From: Trichoplax adhaerens
Taxonomy: Eukaryota > Animalia > Placozoa
Direction of reading: 5' to 3'
Assembly: GCF_000150275.1 (NCBI RefSeq)
Contig: NW_002060947.1
Location: forward strand, 6,149,736-6,213,735
DNA: 64,000 bases
Part shown: positions 27,451 to 41,689 of the stretch, in pieces
Layout: every line of letters starts with the position of its first letter
Numbering within the stretch: position 1 is the first letter of the stretch
Notes under the pieces: model-generated
The model's input: only the letters and a program-made list of their open reading frames with translations
The model's database searches: none
Told to the model about the DNA's origin: nothing
Translations under genes and position numbers: made by a program

Positions 27451-29325
27451 AAGCCATGCAAATATCTACCGAATTTCTAATAGAGCTTTAAGTTAGACTG
27501 GAATATTTCTATGCATTTACCGTATTTAATATGTAGTGAGATAAAATTTAAATTAATCTATCCGAGAGATATTGCAATTATCTTGGTTTATCCACAAATT
27601 CTAGATACAGGAATACTCATATTTTGCAAATTTATAGAAGCAATAATACGATCTACTGTATACTAATTTAAGAAAATATAACTTACGACGAGTAAAATAT
27701 TATCTGTGCAACGAAAGTATATCAGATCTTGCTAAGCATGAATGTTTACGTGTAGTAAATAAAATGAAGAAAACAATTGCAATCTTACTGAAACGTTTTG
27801 TTGATGTAGTTAAGATCGCAGATTGTTATACTTCTTAAAAACATCATTTAAAGCAAACCAATTTGATTATGAAAGCAATAAAATTTTAGCAATGAGGTAT
27901 ATGATGTCTTCTGGGATTCATAATTGCAACTCCAACAATGAACTTTATACATTCGTCATTTGTGACCTTGGAGGAAATTAACATATCTTTTACCACAAAT
28001 GCTACGTCTACAATATATGATTGTTATTGTAGGGACTTAATTTCGAAATAAATGGGCATCACAGCCTACTAGAATTTTAAGTTGTAGTCTTCATATATAA
28101 TTTACTATAGTTATCAAATATGCAAATACATAGCAATATAAACTTGATTTTATATCTAAAATCTAGGGATTAGCGATGTGTAAATGGGAACTCAGCATAT
28201 TAGAATTTAAATTGTATTCTGTATAATTTTACTGCAGTTATCAAATATGTGAATAAACAGTAATATTCTGTAAATTTGATTTTTAAATTCACAGCGTAGG
28301 ATCAGCAATGTATAAATGGGAGCTACACAATGTAGAGTATCAGTGATGCATAGTATCAATTTATTCGTTTCTTGCTGAAACAAGATATTACAAAACATGA
28401 TATGCCATTGATATATTACTTCAATATTCTTATTCTCTTGAAAACTGGGATATCTATTATTCTTTAGTGAGCAGCCGTAGTTACAGGAGTAATCTATTTG
28501 CATATGACAAAATAGATGCGATTATCATGGTATATTGTCATCCATCATTGAATGGAATAGAATAACGATTATTTTTTGGTGTGGGTTGTATAATCATAGA
28601 TAAAAATAAATGTTATATTGTTATAATTACGATTGATTAGATCCAATCAACAATAAATCAGATGCATATAGTATAGTTATACATGTTGCTGGACATATTT
28701 TTTCATCAAATATTGCTTATCTATTGTAAGAGCTATTATGGTATCAATAATGATCCGTGAATGATCAGTAAATGATACTTGCCATTCAGAAATGCGATAT
28801 ACGATTAATAAAAGGCTGTCAGTATTCTCGATGCTCTTGTATCGACTAAGGGAGTTTACTCAAACTAAAACTAACCTAAAATTCTAGTGATGAACTTATA
28901 ATTTGTCAGATTAAAATTGTAAGCTATATGTATTCGGTCCTTCACAAACAGTGTAATGATATCCTAGCTATAACACGTCCAGCCATATTGGTAGGAACTA
29001 TTACTATGACTAATACAGCAACAGCTAAAATTTTCTCATGCCAAACACTTAAAAAATAAGAATATATGTATGGCACGATAGGAATTTAATGAATTACAGA
29101 ATGATAACTTTTAATCATGTAATGATTTAATATTAATGCGACAAATATGTGAAGACCGACAACATTTATAATTTAGTATTTTCGTCAATTTTAAACTGTC
29201 AAAACAAATTATAACCAGCCTTGTATGTTACCAGTACACTATACTGCCTGACTGAAAAGATACAATTTTGTTCCTATATTGCTTATTCTTTGTTCAACCG
29301 TTGCTAAATGTAGAGCAATAAAGAA

Positions 29326-32300
29326 TCAATCTACATCAATAAAAGGATAGCTTGCTCCAATTATCTTGCTTAATTTTCGGTACAATTTTTCGAATTTGGG
29401 TCGATGAGTTGGCTCCTAAGTAAATATAATTATAAAAAAAGGAAATTGGAGATCACTCGGAGTCATTTATTGCTGTTATTATAAAGAAATAGAATGGTTT
29501 AAAGTTATTACTTTCTGTTCAAGGCATTACAGAATAATAATATATTTAATGTTTATTAACCTGAGAGTTACAATCACGAAGAATATTATAAATGTTCATA
29601 GGGCAAAATTCTGGCTTTTCAAGATAGTGACCCTTCAAAACCTGCGATAAAATTTAAATATTTTAAATTATGGATTATTTATGATATCCCTAATAATGCT
29701 TTTTTTAATTAAGGTTATAGTATCATTTAAAGCGTTTTATGTAGGAGATAGTATCTCACCTTTCTAGCTACCTCTGAATTACGCAATTCCGTATAAGGGC
29801 GCAAACCTCCAGTAAAAAGCTCCCACAAAAGTACACCTACAAAATATATAATCATTAAGGCAGCTATGTCAGAAATGAAGTAATACTCTCCATCACTTAC
29901 GAATTAGTTCGTTAACTATAGTTTTTAAGAGACCTTACTGAAAAGCAATCAAGTGGTATATTTTTACAATTTAATATCAATATCGGCTTACCAAAAGACC
30001 AAACATCTGATTTATTGCTGAATTTACGATAACCTAGGACTTCTGGAGCTGCCCAACGGACTGCAAAAACAGCTTCTTCAGAGGCCAGGTAGTACTGACT
30101 ATCAATAACACACCTGGATCGAAAAGAATAGATTTTAATTTACGACCGAAATATAAGATCTTAGAGAACGATTAAATTTATTGACTATGATACTATATGT
30201 TTGTTGCTAACTTTGCTAAACCAAAGTCGGCAACTTTAATAATTTGTATATTTGTCCCACCAATAAGGCAGTTGCGCGCTGCCTAGAAATATGATTGAAT
30301 CTTCATTAAAATCGCAAAATTTACGTTCGTAAACTAATAAAATATAGGAATTTATGCGAATTATTTTTATATAAATAAGTATCAGCCCTATATTCTTTTT
30401 TATACGGTAAATAAGCTACTGCACCAGATCGCGATGGATGAAATTGTTTTCTTCTAAATACAGCATCGCTGAGCATATTTGAAGCGCCATATTCAAGAGT
30501 ACTTCTACCGTTTGCTGAGAACTTAAAGCAGTTGTTGAACTGAAATGTTCCCTTAAATAATCCAACAAGCAGCCTAAAGTTTTTACAATCGAATATTAAC
30601 GTTAGTAATTTATTCATAGTACAGTTATAAAATAATTATACTAGATTTAGTCCGTTGCCGGATATAGTGAAAATATCAGCCTTTTATCCGAAAATGATAA
30701 GAATACAATCTATTCCAAAGGATTCAATTTCAAATAATTAATAAAGATATCCTGATACTCATCAGAAATGGGTTAGAGCAAAATATTTACAATACAATAG
30801 TTAACTCTTTATGGGCAATAAGTGATTCCATAGTGATTCTATAGTGATTACATTAATCCCAGTTTTCAAATTTTGACCAGTAACTTCGCATTAAAATGTA
30901 ATTAATATCGAGATTAAGATGAACCTTATAATAATTGCTGATACGATGACTGAAATTTATAAATAATTTAACACCAACTAAAAGTAATTTTTGGAGCCAT
31001 GTGCAGTCATTACAAATTTATACAGCATCATACTATATTAAAATATTTTACATATCCTGTTATTTATGTAAATTCTGAAACTTATCACAGATTTTTAATT
31101 ATGATGATGAGTAACTTCCCATTGAAATATAATCAATGTCGAGATTAAGATGAACCTTATAATAATTATTAATACGTTGACTGAAAATTAAAATGATTCA
31201 GTGCCAATTAAAAATATTTTTGAAAAGATATCGGAGTCAAGTATAGTCGTTCCAAATTTATATAGCATCATACTAGATTTAGCACATGTTATTTATCCTG
31301 TTGCTTATGTAAAATAAGCCATGATAGGTGAATCTAACTAAGGTAAGCGAAAGGACAACAGTATATTCAAATTTAAAATGCTTACCTCGAGACATAAACT
31401 CGGAAATAATGAATAATGGTTTGCCAATGCTACATATCCCGTAGAGTTGGACTAAATTTTCATGCTTCAGTTTACTAAAGAAATAAAATACGATATTATA
31501 AACAGCTATGATAAGTATTTTCCTTTAGTAGCAGTCAGTTGGATAGATATATTAAAAATGGATGGTAGGTAACAACGAGATAAACTCAAAACTAACTGCA
31601 TGACTTTTGCTTCTCTTAAGAAATCCTCTTCTGACATGGAATCAGACTTTAACATTTTAACGGCAACTTCAATGGAATTACGATAGGTACCAAAATAGAC
31701 AACCTAGAGATTTAGATGAAATAATGAACTTTATGAACATGTTAACAGTGCAATATGCATCTTAATTAAAATAATCCGCTAGAGATAAGCTTTGTTGGTT
31801 ATTTGTAATACGACAATGTTATGGCACTAAGTTACCTAAATTATAGAGTTTAAGAAAGTATTGTTGCTGACAGTATTTCAGTATTATAGCATGGCTCTGA
31901 GCCTTTTAGAAGGGTAGTTTTCAGGGGTTATAGTAGCAGTACTACATTCTTACTAGATCTTTCGACAGATTAGGATAGTAATCTGTAGAAGCAACTCAAA
32001 GTAAGTGCTTTACGTTAGACTAGTAAACTTGTCAGGAAATAGTCCGTGACAAACATATTAAATTTGCATTCGCGAATAATCAGATAATGCTAGTTATGAT
32101 TAACAGCTACAGTTGTAAAAATTGTTTCGGCTCTATATTAAGAGTTAATTAGGTCAGTAATAAGTATAGATTTGTCGACAAGTAATAACTTCTTTCATTT
32201 CCTTGACATCGCAGCTTTATGTGACTTATTGTGGTAAATGTTAATTGTATAATTATCATCAGATCTAGCAAATAAATATTTAACATTTATCTAGCGATCG

Positions 32301-35300
32301 ATAACTAAAATTACACATTTATTATATAATTATAAAATGAGCTGAATTAGTTAATTCACTATTGCATTACTCCAAATTGGCCTCTTCCCAGTTGCTTTCC
32401 AATTTGTAAGTCATTTCGGTTAATTTCGAAAATATCTTTTCATTAATAGATTAATAAAATATCAATAGATGCACACGCAATTTTGGTGCAGGCAGCTACA
32501 TGATCCCATTGTAATTATTTTCATCCTTAGATACTTTTAGTAATAATAAATCGATATCATAAATTACTCTAGTATCGGCATACCTCGGCCTAATTCGCTA
32601 ATAACGGGGATAAATTCTTCCGTGTAAGGTTTAGAAAGTTTAGTAGTCAAACCTATAGAACAGCAGGATTAAAGAATGGTGAACAATAGTGCACATAAAA
32701 TAGAATACCATACGGTAGTTAAGCCTAAAGAGTAGAATTTATTTTAAAATCTTGACTAAGTGTATTTCTTACCACCGTCATGATGTGTGTAATAATCTAG
32801 AAGATCTTGTAAAGTATGGAAATAAATCTTTTCTGATATATAAAATCTCTCTCTAGCATCTTTTTTTATTTGATAGTTCCAAACTTTTCCTTTATTCCTA
32901 AGAATTCCACACAAAATATCACAAGGTTGCACAGAAATAGATAATGCAAGAAACTAATTAGACATAAAAGGTCATGATACCTTACAGACAAGGCAAAAAA
33001 TCCTCGTGTTTTAGATTTTCTAATCAAATAGAGGCCATTTAATGATAAGTTATTTGGATCCTAGAGAGAAATTGTGTAAATACTATATGTAAAATTTATC
33101 ATAATAAGAGGATTTAGAGATCTATTTCAGAATAGATAGTCTAAGAAATGCTAAATACCGCAAGAAGCAATTCTTCAGCTTGTGTGCGTGAAACATTAGA
33201 ATAATACCATCTACAAAAATACGAGAACTTATAGTTAATCTACTCGTTATAAATTAGATTAAAGTTAACATTAGTTGGAATATCTATACGTTTACTAATA
33301 TTAAAGGTAAAACAATATGCTTTATTATATAAGAGATATCATTAGGAGAGAAAGCGAACAACTATCGTTAACCCAATTAAAAGATTATGTACAAGGAAAG
33401 GACGCATTACGACAGTGCACTCGCTAATTCTAATCTCCAGAGATACATAGAAAGTAGAATTATAAATCAATGAACTTATTGCTGTATCAGAAAATCGATT
33501 ATTTCATCAATTTCATGTATTACAGTTTTATTTGTCAATCAATTTTGTTAGTCAAACTTACTGATCACTTTGGCCCTCTAATTTCTCTAAGTAATTGCTA
33601 GGAATAAATCCTTCAATTCTAACATGAGATATTTTAAAAGAATCAAAAGCAGATTATCATCACAGTATAGAGTATATTAACAAGTACACAATATGCTTTG
33701 ATATAAAAATTTTATGCTCATTTTTACTATAGTATCAGAGAAGCAATGGCTAACCCTTGCCGGTTCTTGACTAGCCACCAATTTTCTCTGGAATGATCAA
33801 TAACTTGGACGATTTCCCCCTAATAAAATTTAGTTTATGCAACATTATTCCTAGTTTAATTTAATCTTCATCGCATTCAATGTGTGGCTACATATTATAA
33901 CCGTAAGATTATTTATACACTATCCACGGCGCAGATTGCAGTAAGTATGCGCTAATTCGTCAAATAACAAACCTTATTGACGGACAAATCGCCTTGAACC
34001 CGAGAAGTAAATGAATATTTAACTTTGCATGGCCCACTCTTTAGCGATTCCATGGATATGGATAACTTCTCATCACTAGAAACAAATAGACTTTGCGAAA
34101 TGCCAAGGATTGCCGAATCAGATGAGACGGAAGCAGTTCGGCCAATCTCATTTGGAGTTGTCTATTACAAAGTTTTTATTATGAATTAAAATTAATTATG
34201 AATAGATATAACTATACATATTAAGAGTGGCTATTTAACAAGAATGAATTTGTGGGATGAGAGATATCGATTTAATAATGTTGATCGTAAAATTCAGATA
34301 CCTCGCTCCTTGGATTCCGCAGATCTTTCGTATGCTTTATGATTGGAGCAGCACTAGGCTCCGATACAGCTTAATAAAGTAATAAAGGCTTTCAAAATTA
34401 GAATTTTTTGGTTGATCGATTTAGGCCAAGTAAAGTATGCAATTTTAGATGCAACATTTAGATTTAAGATATCGACATAGCTAATGGATTGTTCTTGCAA
34501 ACATCAAATGATAACATTTTTGCTCCATTATCGCCATTTGAATGATGCTTATTTTACTTATAGTTTCAATTAATTTGATTTTACCTTTACATTTGTAAAA
34601 ATTGTAGACTTAAAATTTACTAGAGTGATGTCGAATAAGTATATCCAGTCTATCTTAATTTCAATATCGTAGCAAATACATCATACACATCTGTATCAGT
34701 AAGCAGAATTGGCTGATTATTCGAATGCTAACTCATTGATATTCCAATAATGCGGCCGTACCTTTTGAACGAACTGGTATCATTATAATTAAATAGAGTA
34801 AGAAAGACTTTTAAAATCTGAATTTTTTGTTGGACAGATTTGCGTTAAGTAAAGTATGCAATTTAGATGGTAAGAATAAAGTACCGATATACAAAATATA
34901 CAACTTTAAATTATATAACGCTATCGTTCTGAGTAACATTATGTATTCGTTCCATAGTACCTCGAGCTTTCACCACGTTTCGACGAAGGATTTCCCCCAA
35001 AAATGTAAATTTGCATCCTTCAATATTTTTATCTGATTTGCCACAACACGTCCACTTATTATTTGAATAAGCACCACTATGATAGAATGGAATTAATTTC
35101 CCTTTGCCTTGACAAACTATAAAGCAGAGAAATAGAAAGCGATTTCTTTTGAGGAGTTTATTAAAATTCTTTAAGAATTAATATGTGGTTTAATAGTAAC
35201 AAATGAATGACAAAATTTAATAACTTAAAATCTTCTTACACAATAATCGGTAAACCCACTTATATATTCCGTTCATACCTGTTTGTAAAGTAGTAATCCA

Positions 35301-38300
35301 TTTCATTTGCTGATCTGAGCTCTTGGCAACGACATATAATTTCCAGTCGCTTCCATCTTCATCATAGATAATCTGCAATAGGATCAATTCGAATTCAAAT
35401 AATGGTAACATTAAATTAGCCTGATATTGCCTATTTCAAATGACTGAAAGCAATTTAACCTGGAAGACAAATTTCTGTGAGAAAGCTTGTGCATCCAATG
35501 ATTCAATTACTCTAATATTTGTCAGCTCTATCGATCCTTTTAACTTGCCCAGTTTCTATAATGAAAAAGATTTATTGTGATGAAAGACCGTTAATGCTTA
35601 AAATTGATAAACATGCATAATAATTATGTATTCGATGGTGAGGGATCGATTTTGGGCAGTTGTATGAAGGTCTATCTAGTTGTCTATAGATATTCATTTC
35701 TATAACAATTGCGATACTTTTAAGCTAGTTTTCATGTGTCTTTTAACAGAAACATTGATTCCAATCGTCGATTGGGAAGGCCATTCAACGATTAGTATTG
35801 GTAAGAGGGTGGAAGGCAGATACACTTGTGCATTTTAGAACGGCCATGTCTCAGGATTATGACTGGTAGATGCAGGATAAAAGGAATTGTATTAAGGCCC
35901 TCTAATCAGTTGAGATTTATTCAAAATTTTGAATAGCAAACGTATCAAACGACTTATTAGCAGCTCTCTGTAGTCATGAAAGAATAATTCTAGTCGTCTA
36001 GGCAGCTTTAATCAATCGATAACATTACAGTTGCCTAGCTAGACAGAGAGATCATTAATTGTTTCAAATTATCGTCTACTGAAAAATCTATAAGTCAACA
36101 TATAAAGCTATAATAAAATTCAAATCCAATGAAAGGCAAGCAAGTATTAATAACCTTCATTAAAATTTATTATTAGAAACTAACGAAGCTAAATGCAAGT
36201 TCTTTTTGCGGTATTTGGAACCGTAGTAATAGCTTCCATTATAATTTATTATTAGAAAACTAACGAAGCTAAATGCAAAGCTCTTTTTACGGTATTTGAA
36301 ATCATCTATTTTGCCAGGTTGATAGAAAATATTTGCATTAAAAACTAAAGAAGCTAAATGGAAAGCTCTCCGTACGATATTTGGACACTGTAAGCTGGCC
36401 ATTTATATTTGCTAGGTGGCGAGAAAAACAAAATATTCTCGTTGCGAACTCTATATTATCGAAGCTAAATACAAAGCTCTCCGACCGATATTTCGACACT
36501 GCAAGCTTACCGCCTATATACCAGGTGGCTAGAAAAAATGAAATATTGTCATTATAAACAATCGAAGCTAAATGCAAAGCTCTCTGTGCGATATTTGGAC
36601 ACTGTAAGCCTGCCATCTATGTTACCAGCTGATCAGAAAAAAGAAACATTCTTATTGCGAAACTAACAAAACTAAATACAAAGCTCTTCATGTGGCATTT
36701 GGATACTGTAGGCCTACCATCGATGTTGTCAGGTGGCCAAAATAATATTCTTATTATAAAACTAACATAGCTCAAGGCAAAGCGCTCTATGTAGTATTTG
36801 GACACTCTAAGCCAACCATTGATGTTGTCTGGTAGCTAAAAAAATACTCTCATTGCAAAACTAACGAAGCGAAATGCAAAACTCTCTGTGTTCGGTATTT
36901 GGATACCGTAAGCCTACCATCTATGTGGCCAGGTGGCTAGAAAAATGAAATATTCTCATTGTAAACTATCAGAGCTAAATGTAAAGCTCTCTATGCGATA
37001 TTTAGACATGGTAATCCTACTTATAGTCTATGTTATCAAGTGGTTAGTCACGACAATTCTTCGTCATGCAGTAGTTTAGAATGACGAAGGAATGGCTAAG
37101 AACTTGTGTTCTACCTTAATCTCTCTATCATCGTTTTATAGCGCGGTAGAACTAGATGGGTATAGCTCCATCATTGGCATTCATAGGTAAGGAAGACAGC
37201 AAGAAATGAATTGTAAAATCGAATAGAATAAAACGAAACAATAGCTCTGATCGCAACCATAGAAAGAAAGCAAATTGAATATATATCAAAGGGAAGAAAC
37301 AGACCCAATGACATTACTATGATATGTCTATCTTATTCAATAAGCATAAACAGATTAACTAATTACCCTCAAGCACTGCTTGATTTTTAAACCAAACTAT
37401 TACAACGCCTAGTTAGACATCGATTGTTGTCTTGCCATTACTATTGTTATCTATTAACAAGTAAAGACATTGACTTTATTGATGATCCTCTTGTTATTTT
37501 TGTTGAAAGCATTGGAACTTATTGATGATGAACAAATCACAAAAACTTAATCCTATTCTATAGGGAAGGGTAAACTGTATAGCATGGAAGGATAGGCGAA
37601 TTCAATATTCTTGACGAGCCAAGTAAACTACATCTGTTATAAGTCGAATATTATTCTATCTATTATTCAATAAGAAATGAAAAGTAAACTTTTTCACATG
37701 TCAACCATAATCAGATTCAAGAGCAACAAATGATACATTGATATTCAAGGGATAATTTATCATCGTATTTGAAAAGTAAACTTTTTTGACAGGTTATCCA
37801 TGGTCGAGTTCAAGAGCCACAAATGATACATCGATATTGAAGGGATAATTTGATATTATTTGAAAAGTGAACTTTTTACGTGTTATCCATCGTTAACTTC
37901 AAGAGTATTGTAATAAAATGATACGTCGATATTCGAGGAGTAATTTTGAAAAGTAAACTTTTTCACATGTTATCTATAATCGGGTTCAAGAGTACCGTAA
38001 TAAAGGATATATCTATAGTCAAGGGGTTATTTTGAAAAGTAAACCTTTCACATCTTATCCATGATCGGGTTCAAGAGTAATACAATGATACATCGATATT
38101 CAAGGAATAATCTTAAAATAGCAAACTAATATTTTATATGTTATCCATAATCGGATTCAAGAGTAACAAGTAAAAATAGCGATATTCAAGGCGTAGTCTT
38201 GAACTTTTTACATGTTATTCATACTCGGGTTGAAGAGTAACCAATGATACACTGATATTCAAGGAATAGTTTGATATCGTATTCCAAAAGTCAATTTAAT

Positions 38301-40411
38301 GTTACACTTTACATAATCGGATTCAAAAGTAGCCCATGATACATCGATGTTCAAGGGATCATTGGGATTACTAAGAAATAGACTTGATATATTTTAGCGG
38401 CAGAATTACACTTCAGCTCCAATAAAAGCAAAGCAAAGGCGTTTGATATGACTGAAGAAAAGCTACATCATAATCTGATGACACATTTCAACACCATAAT
38501 AAAGGTTTTCTAATTGTATTGGGTTTGTAAATGGTCATATTTTCGACAGTGAGTAATAACAATTGGAATGTATTTCTTTCTTCAGTAGCATCTTTAAACA
38601 GTTATTTATTTCTGCAATAACAACTTTGCAATAAATTAATATACGATGAAATTACTAATAGCTACTTTTTAACGAATAGGCAATCACAAACACCGCTCAA
38701 CTAAAACTGTCTTAACAGACATTTATGATTTAGTTACCTTGCTAATGAGTGATAGATTATCGTGTTTATTACTAAACTTGAGAATTCATTACTATTCATT
38801 GGATTCAATTTCAATGTTTAATTTAGCATCAGTCAAGGCTAAGTCTACAGTCCTCCTGTTGTGTATATTTCAGTTCTCTATAACTATAATTAGCGAATTA
38901 CCATAGATTCCATGTATCGTAACTCGATGATTCCTTAAAAAGCAAACCTTTGAAGAAAAAGTGTTTAAGGTTATATTTAGCGTCATTTTATACTGTATAA
39001 AGCGTAATGTCGGGTTGAATACTGTCGCTGAGAAATCCCTTCAATAGATCATAAGAAATAGAACTAAATGGATTAGCATTGCTTAATCACCTCAGACACT
39101 AATTAAATATCGGTCTTTGTTGCGACATGTTAGACAGCTTTATTATCACGATGATCACGTTATGGCTGCTACTTTACCCTCTAGCCGATTAGTTAGTAGA
39201 GGTAGATGATAAGATCAAGTATTAAATGATTTATTTTGTACTTAAGAGGTACGGATATTAGATAAAATAATTATTTATTATCAAGACATCAATCATCTAT
39301 CAATTTTAGAGAAAAGATAGAGTAGTCATAGAATGAGCCGGATGGATTCATATAGTGAGCCGTTAAATTGAGCCGATTCGTTAATGCCACTTGATGAGAA
39401 GATTGGGTAACACATGATCTATTTTGTACTTATAAGGCAGGGATACGAAATAAAAACAATTATCGAGACATCAATTCTCTATCGATATAGGAGAAAAGAT
39501 AGGGTGGTCACGTAACGAACCAGAGGGATTCATCGTGTAAGCTTTACTCAAAATTAAGCCAATGCGTTAATGCCACTTAACGCGAAGATCAAACATCCAA
39601 TGATTTAATTTATAATTAAAAAGCAGAGATATGAAGTAAAATAATTGTCAAGACATTAATCCTCTATTGATATTGGGAAAGCGATAGAGTAGTTATGTAA
39701 CGAATCAGAGGCATTCATCGTGCAAACCTTACTGTATATTAAACCAAATCGTTAGTGCCACTTGGAGAGAAGATCAAGTGATAAAATGATTTAATCTGTT
39801 AGCAGGGATATGAAACAAAACAGTTATCAAGGCATTAATCCTCAATCGATATTAGAGAAAAAACACAGTGGCTAAGAAACGAAGCAGAGAAATTTGTACT
39901 ATAAGCCTTAAATTAAATGCTTGATGTTACTATGATGAAGGATAATTGTTCCCATGCCCTTATACAGCGTTAAATTCTATCGTTGAAAGATTTCTACCTC
40001 TTAAGTTATTCATTAGGAAAGCAGAAAAATGAGTGTAGGTGTAACTATTGAACTAGAGTTAAATTTGGGAGTAATTAATGCAACTATTACAACAGTTGAT
40101 AAAATTTCAATTTTAAAAAAATAACAGTAGTCTGTCTACCTTACGCATATGTGTCACATACCAACTTAACATTGTGGATAATCAATAAAGTCATTCGAGT
40201 TGGCATGCGATTGCATGAATCAAATCAAAAGTGTCAATCTTACCTCCAAGTTGCCTTCGTAATAATATAATTTGGATTGAGTTAAAATGAATAGTCTCTC
40301 TTTAAAATTGCTACCGATAATGGAAGCAAGAACACCCTTGTCTTGAGAACGTTTTGACATCACATCAATTAATAGGATCGTTTCGCCATCATGGCGTTCT
40401 TCGTCTGCCAT
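29326..40411 (-). CDS. Tec/BTK-family non-receptor tyrosine kinase (PH-BTK motif-SH3-SH2-kinase), 21 exons, about 689 aa
   Basis: Exons 40411-40244, 35555-35460, 35372-35279, 35116-34961, 34369-34302, 34161-33973, 33819-33755, 33618-33562, 33210-33159, 33060-32981, 32897-32773, 32652-32584, 32435-32371, 31703-31597, 31474-31386, 30573-30425, 30282-30212, 30113-29992, 29836-29760, 29641-29561 and 29415-29326 are all phase-consistent. PH: [17 protein letters not shown] zinc motif: YHSGAY...WTCC....GC. SH3: WWLVKN..GFIPSNY. SH2: [17 protein letters not shown]. Kinase: GRGQFGVV, VAVK, HRDLAARN, DFG, SDVWSFG. Confidence 0.95.
30880..31310. repeat. Intronic duplication, about 231 bp unit
   Basis: CGAGATTAAGATGAACCTTATAATAATT occurs near 30909 and 31140, with similar downstream sequence. 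Confidence 0.8.
36165..37045. repeat. Intronic degenerate tandem array, about 80-110 bp unit, about 9 copies
   Basis: AACGAAGCTAAATGCAAAGCTCT...TATTTGGA.ACTGTAAGC recurs near 36186, 36265, 36350, 36461, 36565, 36668, 36768, 36866 and 36972. Confidence 0.9.
37675..38360. repeat. Intronic degenerate tandem array, about 85-92 bp unit, about 8 copies
   Basis: GAAAAGTAAACTTTT..CATGTTATCCAT...TTCAAGAG..TGATACATCGATATTCAAGG recurs from about 37681 to about 38340. Confidence 0.9.
39200..39900. repeat. Intronic degenerate tandem array, about 183 bp unit, 4 copies
   Basis: ATCAAGACAT[C/T]AAT-like blocks recur near 39285, 39467, 39652 and 39832, with GTTA[A/G]TGCCACTT between them. Confidence 0.8.
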
Positions 40412-41689
40412 GGTAATTTAAAAGATTGACGATCCAATTGAATTAATCCTATCTGTTATTTTAGTGTAATTTAGGTTTTTCTACTTTTTGTTATGATCGC
40501 GGGAGTTTGATACGATAAGCCTAGAAAAGGCCTAGCAACGATTATAACCGATTAATAGTGTAATAACCTTCCATCCCTCCAAGATGATACCACATTGACA
40601 TAAGTTAATCCTTTGATCAGAATGTATTTCTATTTTTCACTTTGTATTGATCTCATGAGAAAATCAATCAACAGGTTGATTGAAAAGACTTTCAATTCTT
40701 GATAGAAAGATAATGTGAAATAGCGCAAAAGACTAGAGAACCAAAAGAGTTGAATTTAGGTCAAGGCTTGTATTCCATAAAGTGGAGGATAATCACAATG
40801 AATATTGGTCATAGCAAAATGGATAGTGTCATTAGCGATAGAAAAGCTAGCTATTAAATGATGGAAAAGTACAACCCTTGTTGTTTTATAGAATCGAGGT
40901 GATGACTGAATTTGAATAGCTAATTACATCAAAGATGCGCAACATGAATACATTATACAGGATTGAAGAATTAGAATAGACACCGGTATTATTTATAATG
41001 ATCCTGATCAGTGACAGACTGACAGAATATGCAAACTATTAATAGAATTTTTATTGCTGTTGGTCCATGCAATGCAAAGAGTAAACTAATTTGATGTTGA
41101 GGTAAATTCTATTCGAGTAGAGCTAGGTGGCAATCGATACATAAAATGACATCCATAGCTGTTGGATACTGTTATTCTCATCATGATGAAGGAAATCGAT
41201 CCAGGATTTGGACAAATTTACCGTAGAAGAAATCGTACTGTTATAGGTGTTATGATATTGTAAAGTAAAACTACTGCAATTAGCTGAAATCACTACAGAT
41301 ATGATCATATTTAGAAGATGTTATGTAATAATATCTTAATACTACTGTATATCGTAGATCATTGATTATGATATTGTAGATCACATTTATAAACTACTTG
41401 ATAATTACCGGACATGTTATGTATATATAGACATATTACCATAATATATATTCTCTTATCATATATACTAATGCTATTTTATATACACATATGTACTAAC
41501 GATATTTTGCTCGCGTAAGTTACACATATATAGAGATTCTGACCTCCTAACTCTTTAGGTAGTCCTTATCTTTCTTATACCTTATGCATTATATTAACAA
41601 CATTGTTAATTGGTGACTATTTTCAATAAACTACCTTGTATCTCCCTACTTCTCTTCTACCTTGACTTACTCTTACAATAACTTAACAA

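Noticed and set aside
36160-36805. Repetitive ORFs (MASLQCPNI...) in Tec intron 1
   Set aside because: They are translations of a degenerate non-coding tandem array; unit lengths vary and frames shift between copies.
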